Positions 1 through 9,458 of a stretch of DNA of 64,000 nucleotides are shown here, piece by piece. The notes beneath the pieces are model-generated. The model worked only from the letters and a program-made list of their open reading frames with translations, was not told where the DNA came from and ran no database searches. The stretch covers positions 128,001-192,000 of the forward strand of contig CAVPVX010000001.1 of the NCBI GenBank assembly GCA_963709345.1, written 5' to 3'. The DNA is from an uncultured Actinomycetes bacterium (GTDB lineage: Bacteria > Actinomycetota > Thermoleophilia > UBA2241). Every line of letters begins with the position of its first letter. Positions within the stretch are counted from its first letter, which is position 1. The position numbers were made by a program, and so were the translations under genes.

Positions 1-42
1 CGAGTTCGGGATGTACGGGTGGATGAATGGCGTGTCGGTCAT
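1..42 (-). CDS. 5' end of a gene running off the window; N-terminus resembles glycine dehydrogenase subunit 1 (GcvPA-like)
   Basis: Minus-strand ATG at 42 with AAGGAG about 13 nt upstream. Translates MTDTPFIHPYIPNS; HPYIPNS resembles GcvPA N-termini. Only 14 codons are visible. Confidence 0.45.
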   Translation of the reverse strand, partial: MTDTPFIHPYIPNS

Positions 43-110
43 GATCGGTGAGGAACTCCTTCCCTTACTGGGAGTCGATGCAGATGCCCGGCGGGCGGCA
101 CGGCCGGCCG

Positions 111-899
111 TCAGTCGTAGCCGTACCCGGCTGCGGTCCCGAAGTCGATCGAGATGTTGGCGCCGGTGATCGGCGCGGCGGGCGGCGAGGCGAGGAAGAA
201 GATGAGCTCCGCCACCTCTTCGGGCGTGATGAAGCGCGCCTTGTCACCCTGCGCATAGCCGCTGAGCAGACGCTTGAAGTAGCCCTCCGGGTCACCGCCT
301 CCGTATGTGTCGGCCTGATACTGCAGCATCGGCGTCATGATGTCGGCCGGGCACACGGCGTTCGCCCGCACCAGGAAGGGGGCGAGTTCCAGCGCCAGCG
401 ACTTCGTCATCAGGCTCACACCGCCCTTCGAGGCGGTGTAGATGGCGGTCTCGGGCGTTCCCACGAGACCGCAGTCGGAACTCAGGTTGATGATGCAGCC
501 CTGCGTCTTCTTGAGCTCCGGGATCGCCCGGCTGCAGCAGAAGAAGGTCCCTTTGAGGTTCACCGCCATCACCCGGTCCCACTCGTCCTCCGTCATGGCC
601 TCGGTGGGCCCCTCGACCCAGAGGCCGGCGGTGTTCACGAGCGCGTCGATGCGCCCCGTCTCGGACGCCGCCTCGGCCATCAGGTTCTCGACGTCGGCGA
701 CGTCGCTGACGTCGCAGGTGACGCCGTGGACGGTGGTGAGCGCGGCGAGCCTGCCACACAGATCCTCGAGCGCGACCGCGTTGAGGTCGCCGAGGACCAG
801 GGACGCTCCCGCCTCGGCGAAGCGCCGCGCGCTGGCCGCGCCGACTCCGCCGGCGGCACCCGTCACGACCACGGTCTTGCCGTTCATGTCGAACGCCAT
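111..899 (-). CDS. SDR family NAD(P)-dependent oxidoreductase
   Basis: TGAAGGVG Rossmann motif, NTAG, catalytic YTASK, GANISIDFG C-terminus. Confidence 0.92.
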   Translation of the reverse strand: MAFDMNGKTVVVTGAAGGVGAASARRFAEAGASLVLGDLNAVALEDLCGRLAALTTVHGVTCDVSDVADVENLMAEAASETGRIDALVNTAGLWVEGPTEAMTEDEWDRVMAVNLKGTFFCCSRAIPELKKTQGCIINLSSDCGLVGTPETAIYTASKGGVSLMTKSLALELAPFLVRANAVCPADIMTPMLQYQADTYGGGDPEGYFKRLLSGYAQGDKARFITPEEVAELIFFLASPPAAPITGANISIDFGTAAGYGYD

Positions 900-967
900 A
901 CGCCTCCCCCTGTCGCGTACCTTGAACGGTGGTTCAATGTCGCTAGCATACAGCCGGGAGCGGCATC

Positions 968-1765
968 TCAGTAGTACAGGTCGCTCGGCCCCTTGTACTC
1001 CTGGATCGTGTTGCCGCCATCGATCACGACGAGCTGGCCGGTGATGTAGCTCGCATCGTCGCTGCCGAGAAAGCAGACCAGCTTGCCGACCTCTGCAGGA
1101 AAGGCGGCGCGGCCCATCGGCGTGTTGAGGCCGCCGACGTCCTCGCCGTCGGCGGTGGAGCCCGTCTGGATCCAGCCCGGTCCGACCGCGTTCACGGTGA
1201 CGCCGTGCTTCGCCACGTCGAGAGCCAGGCCCCTCGTCATGCCGAGGACGCCCGCCTTGGCCGCGCAGTAGGCGGCTTCATCCGGGTTGGCGACCACCGG
1301 GCCCGTGACCGAACTCATGTTGACGATGCGCCCGTAGCCGCGCTCGATCATCCCTGGAACGACGCAGCGCGTCACGTTGAACTGGGTCTTGAGGTTGATG
1401 GCGATGCCGAAATCCCACGCGTCCTCGCTGAGATCCTGGAAGGCGGTGAAGTCCTCCTCCTGACCGAAGACGACCATGCCGGCGTTGTTGACGAGCACGT
1501 CGATGCGCCCGTGACACTCGACGACCTCGGCGACCAGCGCCTTGACCTCGCCCATTCTCGTGAGATCGGCCGTGTGGGAGCTCACCGTGGCTCCCGACTC
1601 CCGCAGCGCCTCCGCGCAGGAGTGGACCGCGTCGGCGATGTCGCAGATGGCCAGCAGAGCGCCTTCCTCGGCAAGCACCTTCGCCGTCGCAAAGCCGATA
1701 CTGTCGGCCTTCGCGACCCCCGTGATGAGGGCGACCTTGCCCTCGACCCTGCCCTTGCGTACCAT
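968..1765 (-). CDS. SDR family NAD(P)-dependent oxidoreductase
   Basis: Start refined to MVRKGRVEGKVALITG. NNAG, YCAAK and ITGQLVVIDGG motifs. Confidence 0.9.
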   Translation of the reverse strand: MVRKGRVEGKVALITGVAKADSIGFATAKVLAEEGALLAICDIADAVHSCAEALRESGATVSSHTADLTRMGEVKALVAEVVECHGRIDVLVNNAGMVVFGQEEDFTAFQDLSEDAWDFGIAINLKTQFNVTRCVVPGMIERGYGRIVNMSSVTGPVVANPDEAAYCAAKAGVLGMTRGLALDVAKHGVTVNAVGPGWIQTGSTADGEDVGGLNTPMGRAAFPAEVGKLVCFLGSDDASYITGQLVVIDGGNTIQEYKGPSDLYY

Positions 1766-1980
1766 ACTCCGCTCCCTTGGCTGGACTGCGACAGGCAGCC
1801 GCCCGCCGCTGTTCATCGGTATGGCGAATGCTACGCCGCGGCGGCGTCCCGCGCCACGTCGGACCGGCGACCTCGGCGACCGCACGTCGGGCGCATCCTC
1901 CCGAAGCTCCCGGGCGCAGGCAGCGGCGTGGGAGTTTTGGTCAAGCTTCGAACCGTTGCAGCCGATGCACTGACCAGATC

Positions 1981-4900
1981 ATGGCGACCGTGAAGGACAG
2001 CCCAGGGACCCGTTGGCTGCGCGTCACAGACGTAGCCGGCCTGCTCGGCGTCAGCGCCAACACCGTGAGGCGCTGGACGGACGCCGGCCGCATCGCCGCG
2101 TTCCGCACTCCCGGCGGCCATCGCCGGTATCTCGCCGACGACGTGCTGGCCCTCCTCCCCGACACCGAGATCGCCGGGGCGACCGTTCACCCCGGTGACC
2201 TCTCCGAACTGCTGCGCCAGAACCACGCGCTGCACACCACGCTGGCGGCCGGACTCGACCTCGCCGCACTGATCGCCGGGCGACCCGGCGACGTCCCCGA
2301 GAAAGCAGCCCGCGCCCTCTGCGACCTCACCGGCTCGGCGCGCTGCGACGTCTGCCTGACGCACGGCGACCGGCTGCGTCTCGTCGCCTCCGCCGGCGGG
2401 AGCAGGATCGACCGAGGCTCCCCGGGGGCGACGTGGCCGGCGACCGAGCGGATCCCCGTTGACGGCGATCCGGCCGCCGCGTCGCTGGTCTGCCTGCGCG
2501 CCGGCGACCGCACGCTCGACCGGCGCGCGCGCCTCGCCCTCGAGCGTCGCGGCTGCAAGGCGCTGGCCTGGGCGCCGCTGACCGCGCACGGCGAGTTCGT
2601 CGGCTCGCTCGAGCTGGTCGACCTCGACGACCGCGACCTCTCGGTCCACGCCGACCTGCTGGACTCGCTGGCGCGTATCTGCGCGCAGGCCGTCGGGGTC
2701 GCGGCGACCTACAAGGAGCTCGAGTACCGCCAGAGCCTCCTGCGCGAGCTCATGGAGCTGTCTCGCGACGTCTCCCAGACCCACGATCTCGAACGCTTCG
2801 TGGTGCGCTTCGCGCAACGCCTGCTGAGAGCTGTGGACGCCGACTGCGTCAACGTATTCAGGGCGAGCAACGGGGTGATCCGCGCGCTGGTCAGCGTCAC
2901 GCCGGACGGTGCGGACGCAAGCCGGCGCGACGCCGTCCTCGACACGGCACGCTACCCGTCGCTGGAGCGGCTGCTGCTCGACTTCACCCCGCTGGCGATC
3001 GGCGATCTGGGCGACCCCCGTCTCGGGCGCGGCGAGGCCGACGCGATGCGCGAGTGGGGCTACGCCAGCTCGCTCACCGTGCCGCTCGTCGCCGGCGGCG
3101 AGCTCATCGGCCTTGTCTACCTCTACGACGACGCGGAGCGCGACTGGGAGGCGGACGTCGAATTCCTCACCAGCGTGTGCCAGATCGTGGCGGGCCTCCT
3201 CGACAGCAGCACGCTGCTGGACGAGACCCGGGAGCGCGCCCATCTGGGGCAGGAACTGCTCGACCTCGGCGTCGACATCGCCGCCGCCGAGAGCTCCGCC
3301 GACATCGCCGCACGCGCAGCGGCGCGGCTGCGCCGCGTGGCCGGTTGCGCCGACTGCGACATCTGGTGGTCGGAAGAGGGCTACCTCCGCTGCCTCGCCA
3401 GCGTCGACGGGGACGGCCTCGACGAGTCCGTGAGCGGCAAGATCCTCGAGCTCGACCACTACCCGTCCACGCGCGAGGCCCTCCGCAATCGCGAGCTCCT
3501 CGTCCTCGACGACCTCCGGGACCCTCGCATCACCGACTACGAACGCGAGGACTGGAGCGAGTACGACTTCCGCAGCACCATGTCGGTGCCGCTCGTCAGC
3601 AATGACACCGTCGTCGGCCTCATAGACCTCTTCGACTCCCGGGAGCGCGACTACCGGGAGGTCCGCTGGTTCATGGAGAGCGCCGGACGGACCATCGCCG
3701 ACGCCCTGCGCAACGCCGAGCTGCTCGCCGGCCTGCGGCGCGGGGACGCCGCCCTTCGCGAGCTGGTCAAGCTCGGCGACCGCCTCAATCAAGCGGGGGC
3801 TCTCGAGGACCTGGCTCGAGCGGTCGCGGAAGGACTCCGCGCCAGCCTGAACGCCGAAGACTGCGACATCTGGCAGATCGACGGCGAGGTGCTGCGCTGC
3901 CTCGCCAGCGTCGACAGCAACGGGTGGGACGAGGAGGAGGTCGGCAGCGAGCGCGACCTCGCCTCCTACGAGGCCACGATCTCGGCGCTGGCCGCCGATG
4001 AGCCGATGGTCATCGGCGACCTCTCCCGGACCGTGCTCGACGAGCGGGAGCTGCAGGCCTACCGGCGCTGGGGCTACGAGAGCATGGTGTCTCTGCCGCT
4101 CGTGGCAAACGGCAGGCCGATCGGCCTGATCGACGTCTTCGACACCAAGGTGCGCGACTACTCGGGGCTCCTCGACTTCATCCGCAACGTCGGCCATCTG
4201 CTGGCGAGCTCCTTCGAGAACGCCATGCTGGTCAAGGGCCTCGAGGACGGCAATCGCGACCTCCGGCTGCTCGTCGACTCGGGCATGGAATTCGGAGCGA
4301 CGCTGGAGACCGACGCCGTGCTGCGCACGGTCTCCGAACGCATCCTCGAAGTGTCGCGCGCCGACATGTGTGACGTGTACCGGCTCGGCGGTGACCAGCT
4401 GGAGCTCCTCGTATCGGTCGGCAAGACCTGGGCGGAGAACCCGTCGGGGCGGCGCCACCGTCTCCAGGACTACGGCATCTTCGCCGAAGCGGCGAACAAG
4501 CGCCGGCCGGTGGCCAGTCTCGACGTCCGCAACCAGCCCGGGATGACCCCCATGGAAGTCCATGACGCCGAGAAGCGGGACTACCGCTCGTGCCTCGACA
4601 TCCCCCTGATCAGCCAGGGCGAGGTCATCGGTTTCGTCTCGCTGATGAACCACGACGCGCGCGCCTTTGCCCGCGAAGAGGTGGTCGTGGGGCTCGCGCA
4701 AATCGCCGGGCAGGCGATCGTCAACGCCGGGCTCTACCGCGAGCTGCACGAGAATCTCAGACGCATGGCCCTGGTCGGCGAGTCGGCGCTCGAACTGGCG
4801 AGCAGCCTCGACCTGCAGGCGACACTGGTGGCCACCGCCAAGCGCCTCTGCTCGACCGTCGGCGTCGGTCAGTGCGAGATCACGATCATCGAGGGTGAGG

Positions 4901-7314
4901 AACTGCACACGATCATGCGCGTCAACGACGGTGAAGTCGACAAACGCTGGCTCGGGCAGCGCCTGTCGCTCAGCGACGCGGCCGTCACCCGGGAGGTGAT
5001 CGCGACCAAGCGGCCGACGGTCGTCGGGTCGCTGCGCGACCCGCGCCTCACGCCGGCCGTCCTCGAGATGGACCGGGGTCACGACCGCAAGAGCTGGGCC
5101 ACTCTGCCGCTGATCGCCAAAGGCAGGGTCATCGGCACCGTCGAGCTCGTGGACGACGCAGCCGAGAGGAGCTTCTCGGCGCCGGAACTCGAGACCGCCG
5201 CGGCGATCTGCCATGCGGCCGCCCTGGCGATCGAGAACGCGGCGCTGTTCGCGCGGGAGCAGGCGACGACGCGCGCGACCCAGCTGCTCAACGACATCGC
5301 GCGGAGGACGGCCGCAAGCCTCGACCTCGAAGAGGTCGTGGAGGCGGCCGTGGACGAACTCCGGCAGTTCATCGATTTCGAGGACCACAGTCTGCTCCTG
5401 CTCGACGGCGACGCGATCGGCCGCGTCATCTCGTCGCGCCCGCAGACCGAGGCGCTCGTGGGCCTGACGCTGGACGACCTCGGCTCCGGCTTCGTCGAGC
5501 GCCTCGCCGCCGAGCGCGTCTCGGTCCTGCGGATCCCCGAGGACGTTCCGATCCCGGCCGGCAACCCTGCCCTCGTCGGCCTCAGCCGGGCCGCCGTGAT
5601 CGCGCTGCCCTCCGACAACGGCCTGCTGGGCACGCTCGATCTGCTGAGCAGCCGGAGCGACGACTTCGCCGGCATCGACGCGGACCTCCTCGAGCGCGTC
5701 GGCATGCAGCTCGCGCTGGCAGTCCGCAACACCCAGCTCTACGACGAGATCAAGCAGATGCACCTCGGCAACCTCAAGGCGCTGAGCTCAGCGCTGAACG
5801 CCAAGGACTACTACACCCTCGGCCACGCCGCCCGGGTCGCAGCCTACACGGTGATGCTCGGCCGCGAACTCGGGTGGTCCGAGGACCTGCTCACGCTGCT
5901 GCAGGAGGCCGCCTACCTCCACGACATCGGCAAGATCAGCATCTCGGACCGCGTACTGCTCAAGCCCGGACGTCTCAACCCGCAGGAGTGGGAGCAGATG
6001 CGGGAGCATCCCGTCGTCAGCGCCGACATCATCCAGCCGCTGTTCCCATCCGACCTGGTGCTGGCGGTGCGTCACCACCACGAGCAATACGACGGCGGCG
6101 GCTATCCCGACGGGCTCGCCGGTGAGCAGATACCCGAGATCGCCAGGGCCATGGCTGTCGTGGACGCCTACGACGCTATGTCGTGCCGGCGGCCCTACAA
6201 GGCGGCGTTGACCTACGGGGAGTGCCTCACGGAACTGCACAGATGCCGGGGCTCCCAGTTCGATCCGGAGATGGTCGACGCCTTCCTCACAGTGCTCGAG
6301 GACGTCGCCCGGCGACGCGTCGTCTCGGAACGGGTCGCGGCCGAGGCCGCGGGGCGGATCCGGGGTGAGGTCCACGGGTCCGTAATGGGTAGTGAGGACG
6401 AAGGGTCCGACGCGTATCAGGAGATCGCCCGCGTGCTGCGTGAGGTGCGCGACGCCAACCCGCCGACGCGCTTCCTCACGACCTGCTTGCGGGTCGACAA
6501 CCGCTACGTGATCGGGGTGGACCCGGAGGAGGGCTCCGCGCAATCCCACCTCGGGGACGAGATCTTCGCCGACGACGAGATGATGCTGGTGCTCGCCGGC
6601 GAACGGCCCCCGGTGAACACGCTCTTCGCCGACGAGTTCGGCGTGTGGATCACCGGGCTCGCACCCATCCTGGACGCGGAGGGCCGCGTCGTGGCCGCGG
6701 TCTCGGCCGACCAGCCGGCCCTCACGGGCACCGCGAGCGAGCCGCTGGGCGGCGACGGCCGCCAGACCTTCGCGGCCATGCTCCAGACCGCGGCCGTACG
6801 CCTCAGCCGGGCCGAGATCGACGCCATCACCGACGCGCTGACGGGCCTCTACAACCATCGCTACCTGCACGAGCGTCTGAGCGAGGAACTGCACCGCGCG
6901 CGCGAGCACCAGCGCCCGCTGAGCCTCCTGTTCTGCGACCTCGACAACTTCAAGAGTTACAACGACGCCAACGGGCACAGCGCCGGCGACGCCGTGCTCC
7001 GCCAGGTGGCTCACGTGATCGAGCAGTCCGTGCGCAACATCGACATCGCCGGCCGCTACGGTGGCGAGGAGTTCGTGGTGCTCCTCGTCGAGACCGGCCA
7101 TGAGGCCGCGCTCGTGGTGGCGGAGCGCATCCGCGAACGCATCCGCGCCGCCGCGTTCACCGCGAACGGCGTGCCGCTCACGGTGAGCATCGGCGTGGCA
7201 GGGTATCCGGACGACGCCGAGCGCCGCGAAGACCTGCTCGACAAGGCCGACTGGGCCATGTACCTGGCCAAACGCCGCGGCCGCGACCAAGTGGCGTTGT
7301 TCAGCGACAGTTGA
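1981..7314 (+). CDS. Giant c-di-GMP signalling protein: MerR/BldC-type HTH + about 7 GAF + HD-GYP + Cache-like domain + GGDEF
   Basis: N-terminal LRVTDVAGLLGVSANTVRRWTDAGRI..TPGGHRRY. Seven GAF-like repeats (xxPLx.xGxxIG). HD-GYP motifs LHDIGK and HHHEQYDGGGYPDGL. GGDEF motifs DALTGLYN, DLDNFKSYND and RYGGEEF with RxxD I-site (RNID). Confidence 0.9.
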   Translation: MATVKDSPGTRWLRVTDVAGLLGVSANTVRRWTDAGRIAAFRTPGGHRRYLADDVLALLPDTEIAGATVHPGDLSELLRQNHALHTTLAAGLDLAALIAGRPGDVPEKAARALCDLTGSARCDVCLTHGDRLRLVASAGGSRIDRGSPGATWPATERIPVDGDPAAASLVCLRAGDRTLDRRARLALERRGCKALAWAPLTAHGEFVGSLELVDLDDRDLSVHADLLDSLARICAQAVGVAATYKELEYRQSLLRELMELSRDVSQTHDLERFVVRFAQRLLRAVDADCVNVFRASNGVIRALVSVTPDGADASRRDAVLDTARYPSLERLLLDFTPLAIGDLGDPRLGRGEADAMREWGYASSLTVPLVAGGELIGLVYLYDDAERDWEADVEFLTSVCQIVAGLLDSSTLLDETRERAHLGQELLDLGVDIAAAESSADIAARAAARLRRVAGCADCDIWWSEEGYLRCLASVDGDGLDESVSGKILELDHYPSTREALRNRELLVLDDLRDPRITDYEREDWSEYDFRSTMSVPLVSNDTVVGLIDLFDSRERDYREVRWFMESAGRTIADALRNAELLAGLRRGDAALRELVKLGDRLNQAGALEDLARAVAEGLRASLNAEDCDIWQIDGEVLRCLASVDSNGWDEEEVGSERDLASYEATISALAADEPMVIGDLSRTVLDERELQAYRRWGYESMVSLPLVANGRPIGLIDVFDTKVRDYSGLLDFIRNVGHLLASSFENAMLVKGLEDGNRDLRLLVDSGMEFGATLETDAVLRTVSERILEVSRADMCDVYRLGGDQLELLVSVGKTWAENPSGRRHRLQDYGIFAEAANKRRPVASLDVRNQPGMTPMEVHDAEKRDYRSCLDIPLISQGEVIGFVSLMNHDARAFAREEVVVGLAQIAGQAIVNAGLYRELHENLRRMALVGESALELASSLDLQATLVATAKRLCSTVGVGQCEITIIEGEELHTIMRVNDGEVDKRWLGQRLSLSDAAVTREVIATKRPTVVGSLRDPRLTPAVLEMDRGHDRKSWATLPLIAKGRVIGTVELVDDAAERSFSAPELETAAAICHAAALAIENAALFAREQATTRATQLLNDIARRTAASLDLEEVVEAAVDELRQFIDFEDHSLLLLDGDAIGRVISSRPQTEALVGLTLDDLGSGFVERLAAERVSVLRIPEDVPIPAGNPALVGLSRAAVIALPSDNGLLGTLDLLSSRSDDFAGIDADLLERVGMQLALAVRNTQLYDEIKQMHLGNLKALSSALNAKDYYTLGHAARVAAYTVMLGRELGWSEDLLTLLQEAAYLHDIGKISISDRVLLKPGRLNPQEWEQMREHPVVSADIIQPLFPSDLVLAVRHHHEQYDGGGYPDGLAGEQIPEIARAMAVVDAYDAMSCRRPYKAALTYGECLTELHRCRGSQFDPEMVDAFLTVLEDVARRRVVSERVAAEAAGRIRGEVHGSVMGSEDEGSDAYQEIARVLREVRDANPPTRFLTTCLRVDNRYVIGVDPEEGSAQSHLGDEIFADDEMMLVLAGERPPVNTLFADEFGVWITGLAPILDAEGRVVAAVSADQPALTGTASEPLGGDGRQTFAAMLQTAAVRLSRAEIDAITDALTGLYNHRYLHERLSEELHRAREHQRPLSLLFCDLDNFKSYNDANGHSAGDAVLRQVAHVIEQSVRNIDIAGRYGGEEFVVLLVETGHEAALVVAERIRERIRAAAFTANGVPLTVSIGVAGYPDDAERREDLLDKADWAMYLAKRRGRDQVALFSDS

Positions 7315-7431
7315 CGCGCGGGGAAGGGCGGCGCGCAAGAAGGCGACGCGCGAGCACCTGCGAGCCAAACCGCACCAGGCACCGGGGCTTCAGGAGCGGC
7401 GGCGGATGCAGCCGGCCGGCAGAGCGTCGCG

Positions 7432-9447
7432 TCAGGAGCGGCGGCGACGCGCCACGCGCGCGTCGCCACGCCGCAAGGTCAGGCCCTCCCGGTCGAAGGA
7501 CTCGAGGAGGGCCTGGGCGTTGCGCCGCCCGCAGCCGATCGCGTCACGGAAGGCGGCCAGTGTGACCTCGCCGCCCTCCAGCATGTGCGCGAGCCGCCCT
7601 CGCGCGCCGTCGACTGCCGAAGCGATGAACCAGAGATCCTTGTCGAGCCGCACGACGTCACCGCGTCGCGCGAGCACATCGAGCACTTGGGCGAGGTCTC
7701 GTGCCGGACGCCGCAGATCCTCCGAGAGGACGGCAAGGGTCGGCGGCGCGACCGGGTCGGCCGAGAGGCGCGCAAGCACCTCCACGGCAACGGCCTCCTG
7801 CTCGTCGCCGAGGACGCCGGCGCCGGCGGGGGCGTAGCCCCCTTCGCCGGCGACCAGGTCCCCGCTCACGGCCATAGCCTCCAGCAGGACGCCGGCGTCC
7901 GCCGCCGAGAGCGACGGCGTGAGCGCCGCGAGCTCGGCGGTACTGCTGAACGGGCGCTCCGGCCGCGCGGCGGCCCGCGCGGCGGCGCCGGCCTGCAGGG
8001 CCGCGCGGAGCGCGGACACGTGACCGGCGCCGAACCAGCGCCCGCCCCCTTTCGGCAGCGCTGCCTTCGCCCGCGAAGCAGCCCCATCGGGTGCGGGCCC
8101 GGGCAGAGGTTCGAGCTCACCCGCGGCGGCTCCACCGGCCAACGCGGCGGCGGCGGCGACGGCGTCGAACCCCGCGGCCGTGAGGTCGGCGTATGTCAGG
8201 CCCGCCGGCCCACGATCGGCGGAGAGCGCGGCGATCGCCGCCCCGACGTCGCCGGAGCGGACGGCCTCCAGGAACGCGGCGTGGTGCTCGCGCGCGTGCC
8301 AGCGCTGCGCGCCCGCGAGCAGCACCTCGCCGCCGGCGATCGTCGCGACCGGCGAGAGCGAACGGACGATGAAGCGGTCGTGCGACTCGACGAAGGCGTC
8401 GGCATCGAGCCGCACGACCGCCGCCGCGCCGCCGCCGGGCGCGATCTCACGGCCCTCGAGCGGCGCGACACGCGCCAGGTACTGGGCCGTGCCGTGATGC
8501 ACGCGCACCTGATCCCCGGAGCGAAGAGGCCGGGCGTCCGGCAGCAGCGTCACCCAAGCGTCGAACCGACGCCCCGAGCGCCCTGCGAGCTCCGGGGCGA
8601 CCAGCCAGTCTCCGCGGACGATGCCGTCGCGGCCGAGGGCGCGCAGGTTCACGCCCACGCGGCTGCCGGCATGCGCGACGTCGGTCTCCTGATCGTGCAC
8701 CTGGACGCTGCGCACCGCGGCGCGGGCTCCGCCGGGCTCGACCACCAGCGCGTCGCCGGCCCTGAGCTCTCCGCGCCACAGGGTCCCGGTGACGACTGTG
8801 CCTATGCCTTTGAGGGGGAAGACCCGGTCGACGGGGAGCCGCGCCGGACCGCCGCGGCGACCTGCCTCGACCCGCGCCGCGGCACGATCGAGCGCCCTCA
8901 CGAGGTCTTCGGTACCGCGACCGTCTTTGGCGCTCACGGTCACCAGCTCGCACGCCTCGTACGAGCTTCCGGCGAGAAAGCCGCGCACGTCCTCCTCCGC
9001 CAGTTCGAGCAGCTCCTCGTCCACCATGTCGGCCTTGGTGAGCGCGACCACGCCCTCGCGGATCCCGAGAAGCTCGATGATGGCCAGATGCTCGACGGTC
9101 TGTGGCATCACGCCGTCGTCGGCGGCGATGACGAGCAGAAAGAGATCGACACCGGTCGCGCCGGCGACCATGGTGCGCACGAAGCGCTCGTGGCCGGGTA
9201 CGTCGACGACGCTCAGCCGGCCGCCGCCGGGCAACTCGAGCTCCGCGTACCCAAGCTCGATGGAGATGCCCCGCTCCCGCTCCTCGCGCAGCCGGTCGGT
9301 GTTCTTGCCCGTGAGCCGGGTGACGAGCGCCGTCTTGCCGTGGTCGATGTGGCCTGCGGTCCCCAGCGTGAGCGGCCGACCGCCTGACGCCGCCGGAGGG
9401 GCTGGAGCCTCGGAGTGATCCCCTCCCGCTTTGCGCTGAGGCGACAC
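7432..9447 (-). CDS. selB: selenocysteine-specific translation elongation factor
   Basis: GTAGHIDHGKT, EERERGISIELG, DVPGHERF, TKAD; C-terminal winged-helix segment; adjacent to selA. Confidence 0.95.
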   Translation of the reverse strand: MSPQRKAGGDHSEAPAPPAASGGRPLTLGTAGHIDHGKTALVTRLTGKNTDRLREERERGISIELGYAELELPGGGRLSVVDVPGHERFVRTMVAGATGVDLFLLVIAADDGVMPQTVEHLAIIELLGIREGVVALTKADMVDEELLELAEEDVRGFLAGSSYEACELVTVSAKDGRGTEDLVRALDRAAARVEAGRRGGPARLPVDRVFPLKGIGTVVTGTLWRGELRAGDALVVEPGGARAAVRSVQVHDQETDVAHAGSRVGVNLRALGRDGIVRGDWLVAPELAGRSGRRFDAWVTLLPDARPLRSGDQVRVHHGTAQYLARVAPLEGREIAPGGGAAAVVRLDADAFVESHDRFIVRSLSPVATIAGGEVLLAGAQRWHAREHHAAFLEAVRSGDVGAAIAALSADRGPAGLTYADLTAAGFDAVAAAAALAGGAAAGELEPLPGPAPDGAASRAKAALPKGGGRWFGAGHVSALRAALQAGAAARAAARPERPFSSTAELAALTPSLSAADAGVLLEAMAVSGDLVAGEGGYAPAGAGVLGDEQEAVAVEVLARLSADPVAPPTLAVLSEDLRRPARDLAQVLDVLARRGDVVRLDKDLWFIASAVDGARGRLAHMLEGGEVTLAAFRDAIGCGRRNAQALLESFDREGLTLRRGDARVARRRRS

Positions 9448-9458
9448 CGCCCGCGGCC

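Noticed and set aside
1831-5763. 1310-aa minus-strand ORF and many other long antisense ORFs
   Set aside because: Shadow ORFs of high-GC3 genes; no motifs, and they overlap well-supported CDSs.
7315-7446. Possible tRNA-Sec next to selB; 15-bp direct repeat TCAGGAGCGGCGGCG at 7390 and 7432
   Set aside because: No cloverleaf or T-loop. The repeat is short and GC-rich, so it may be chance or a small local duplication.
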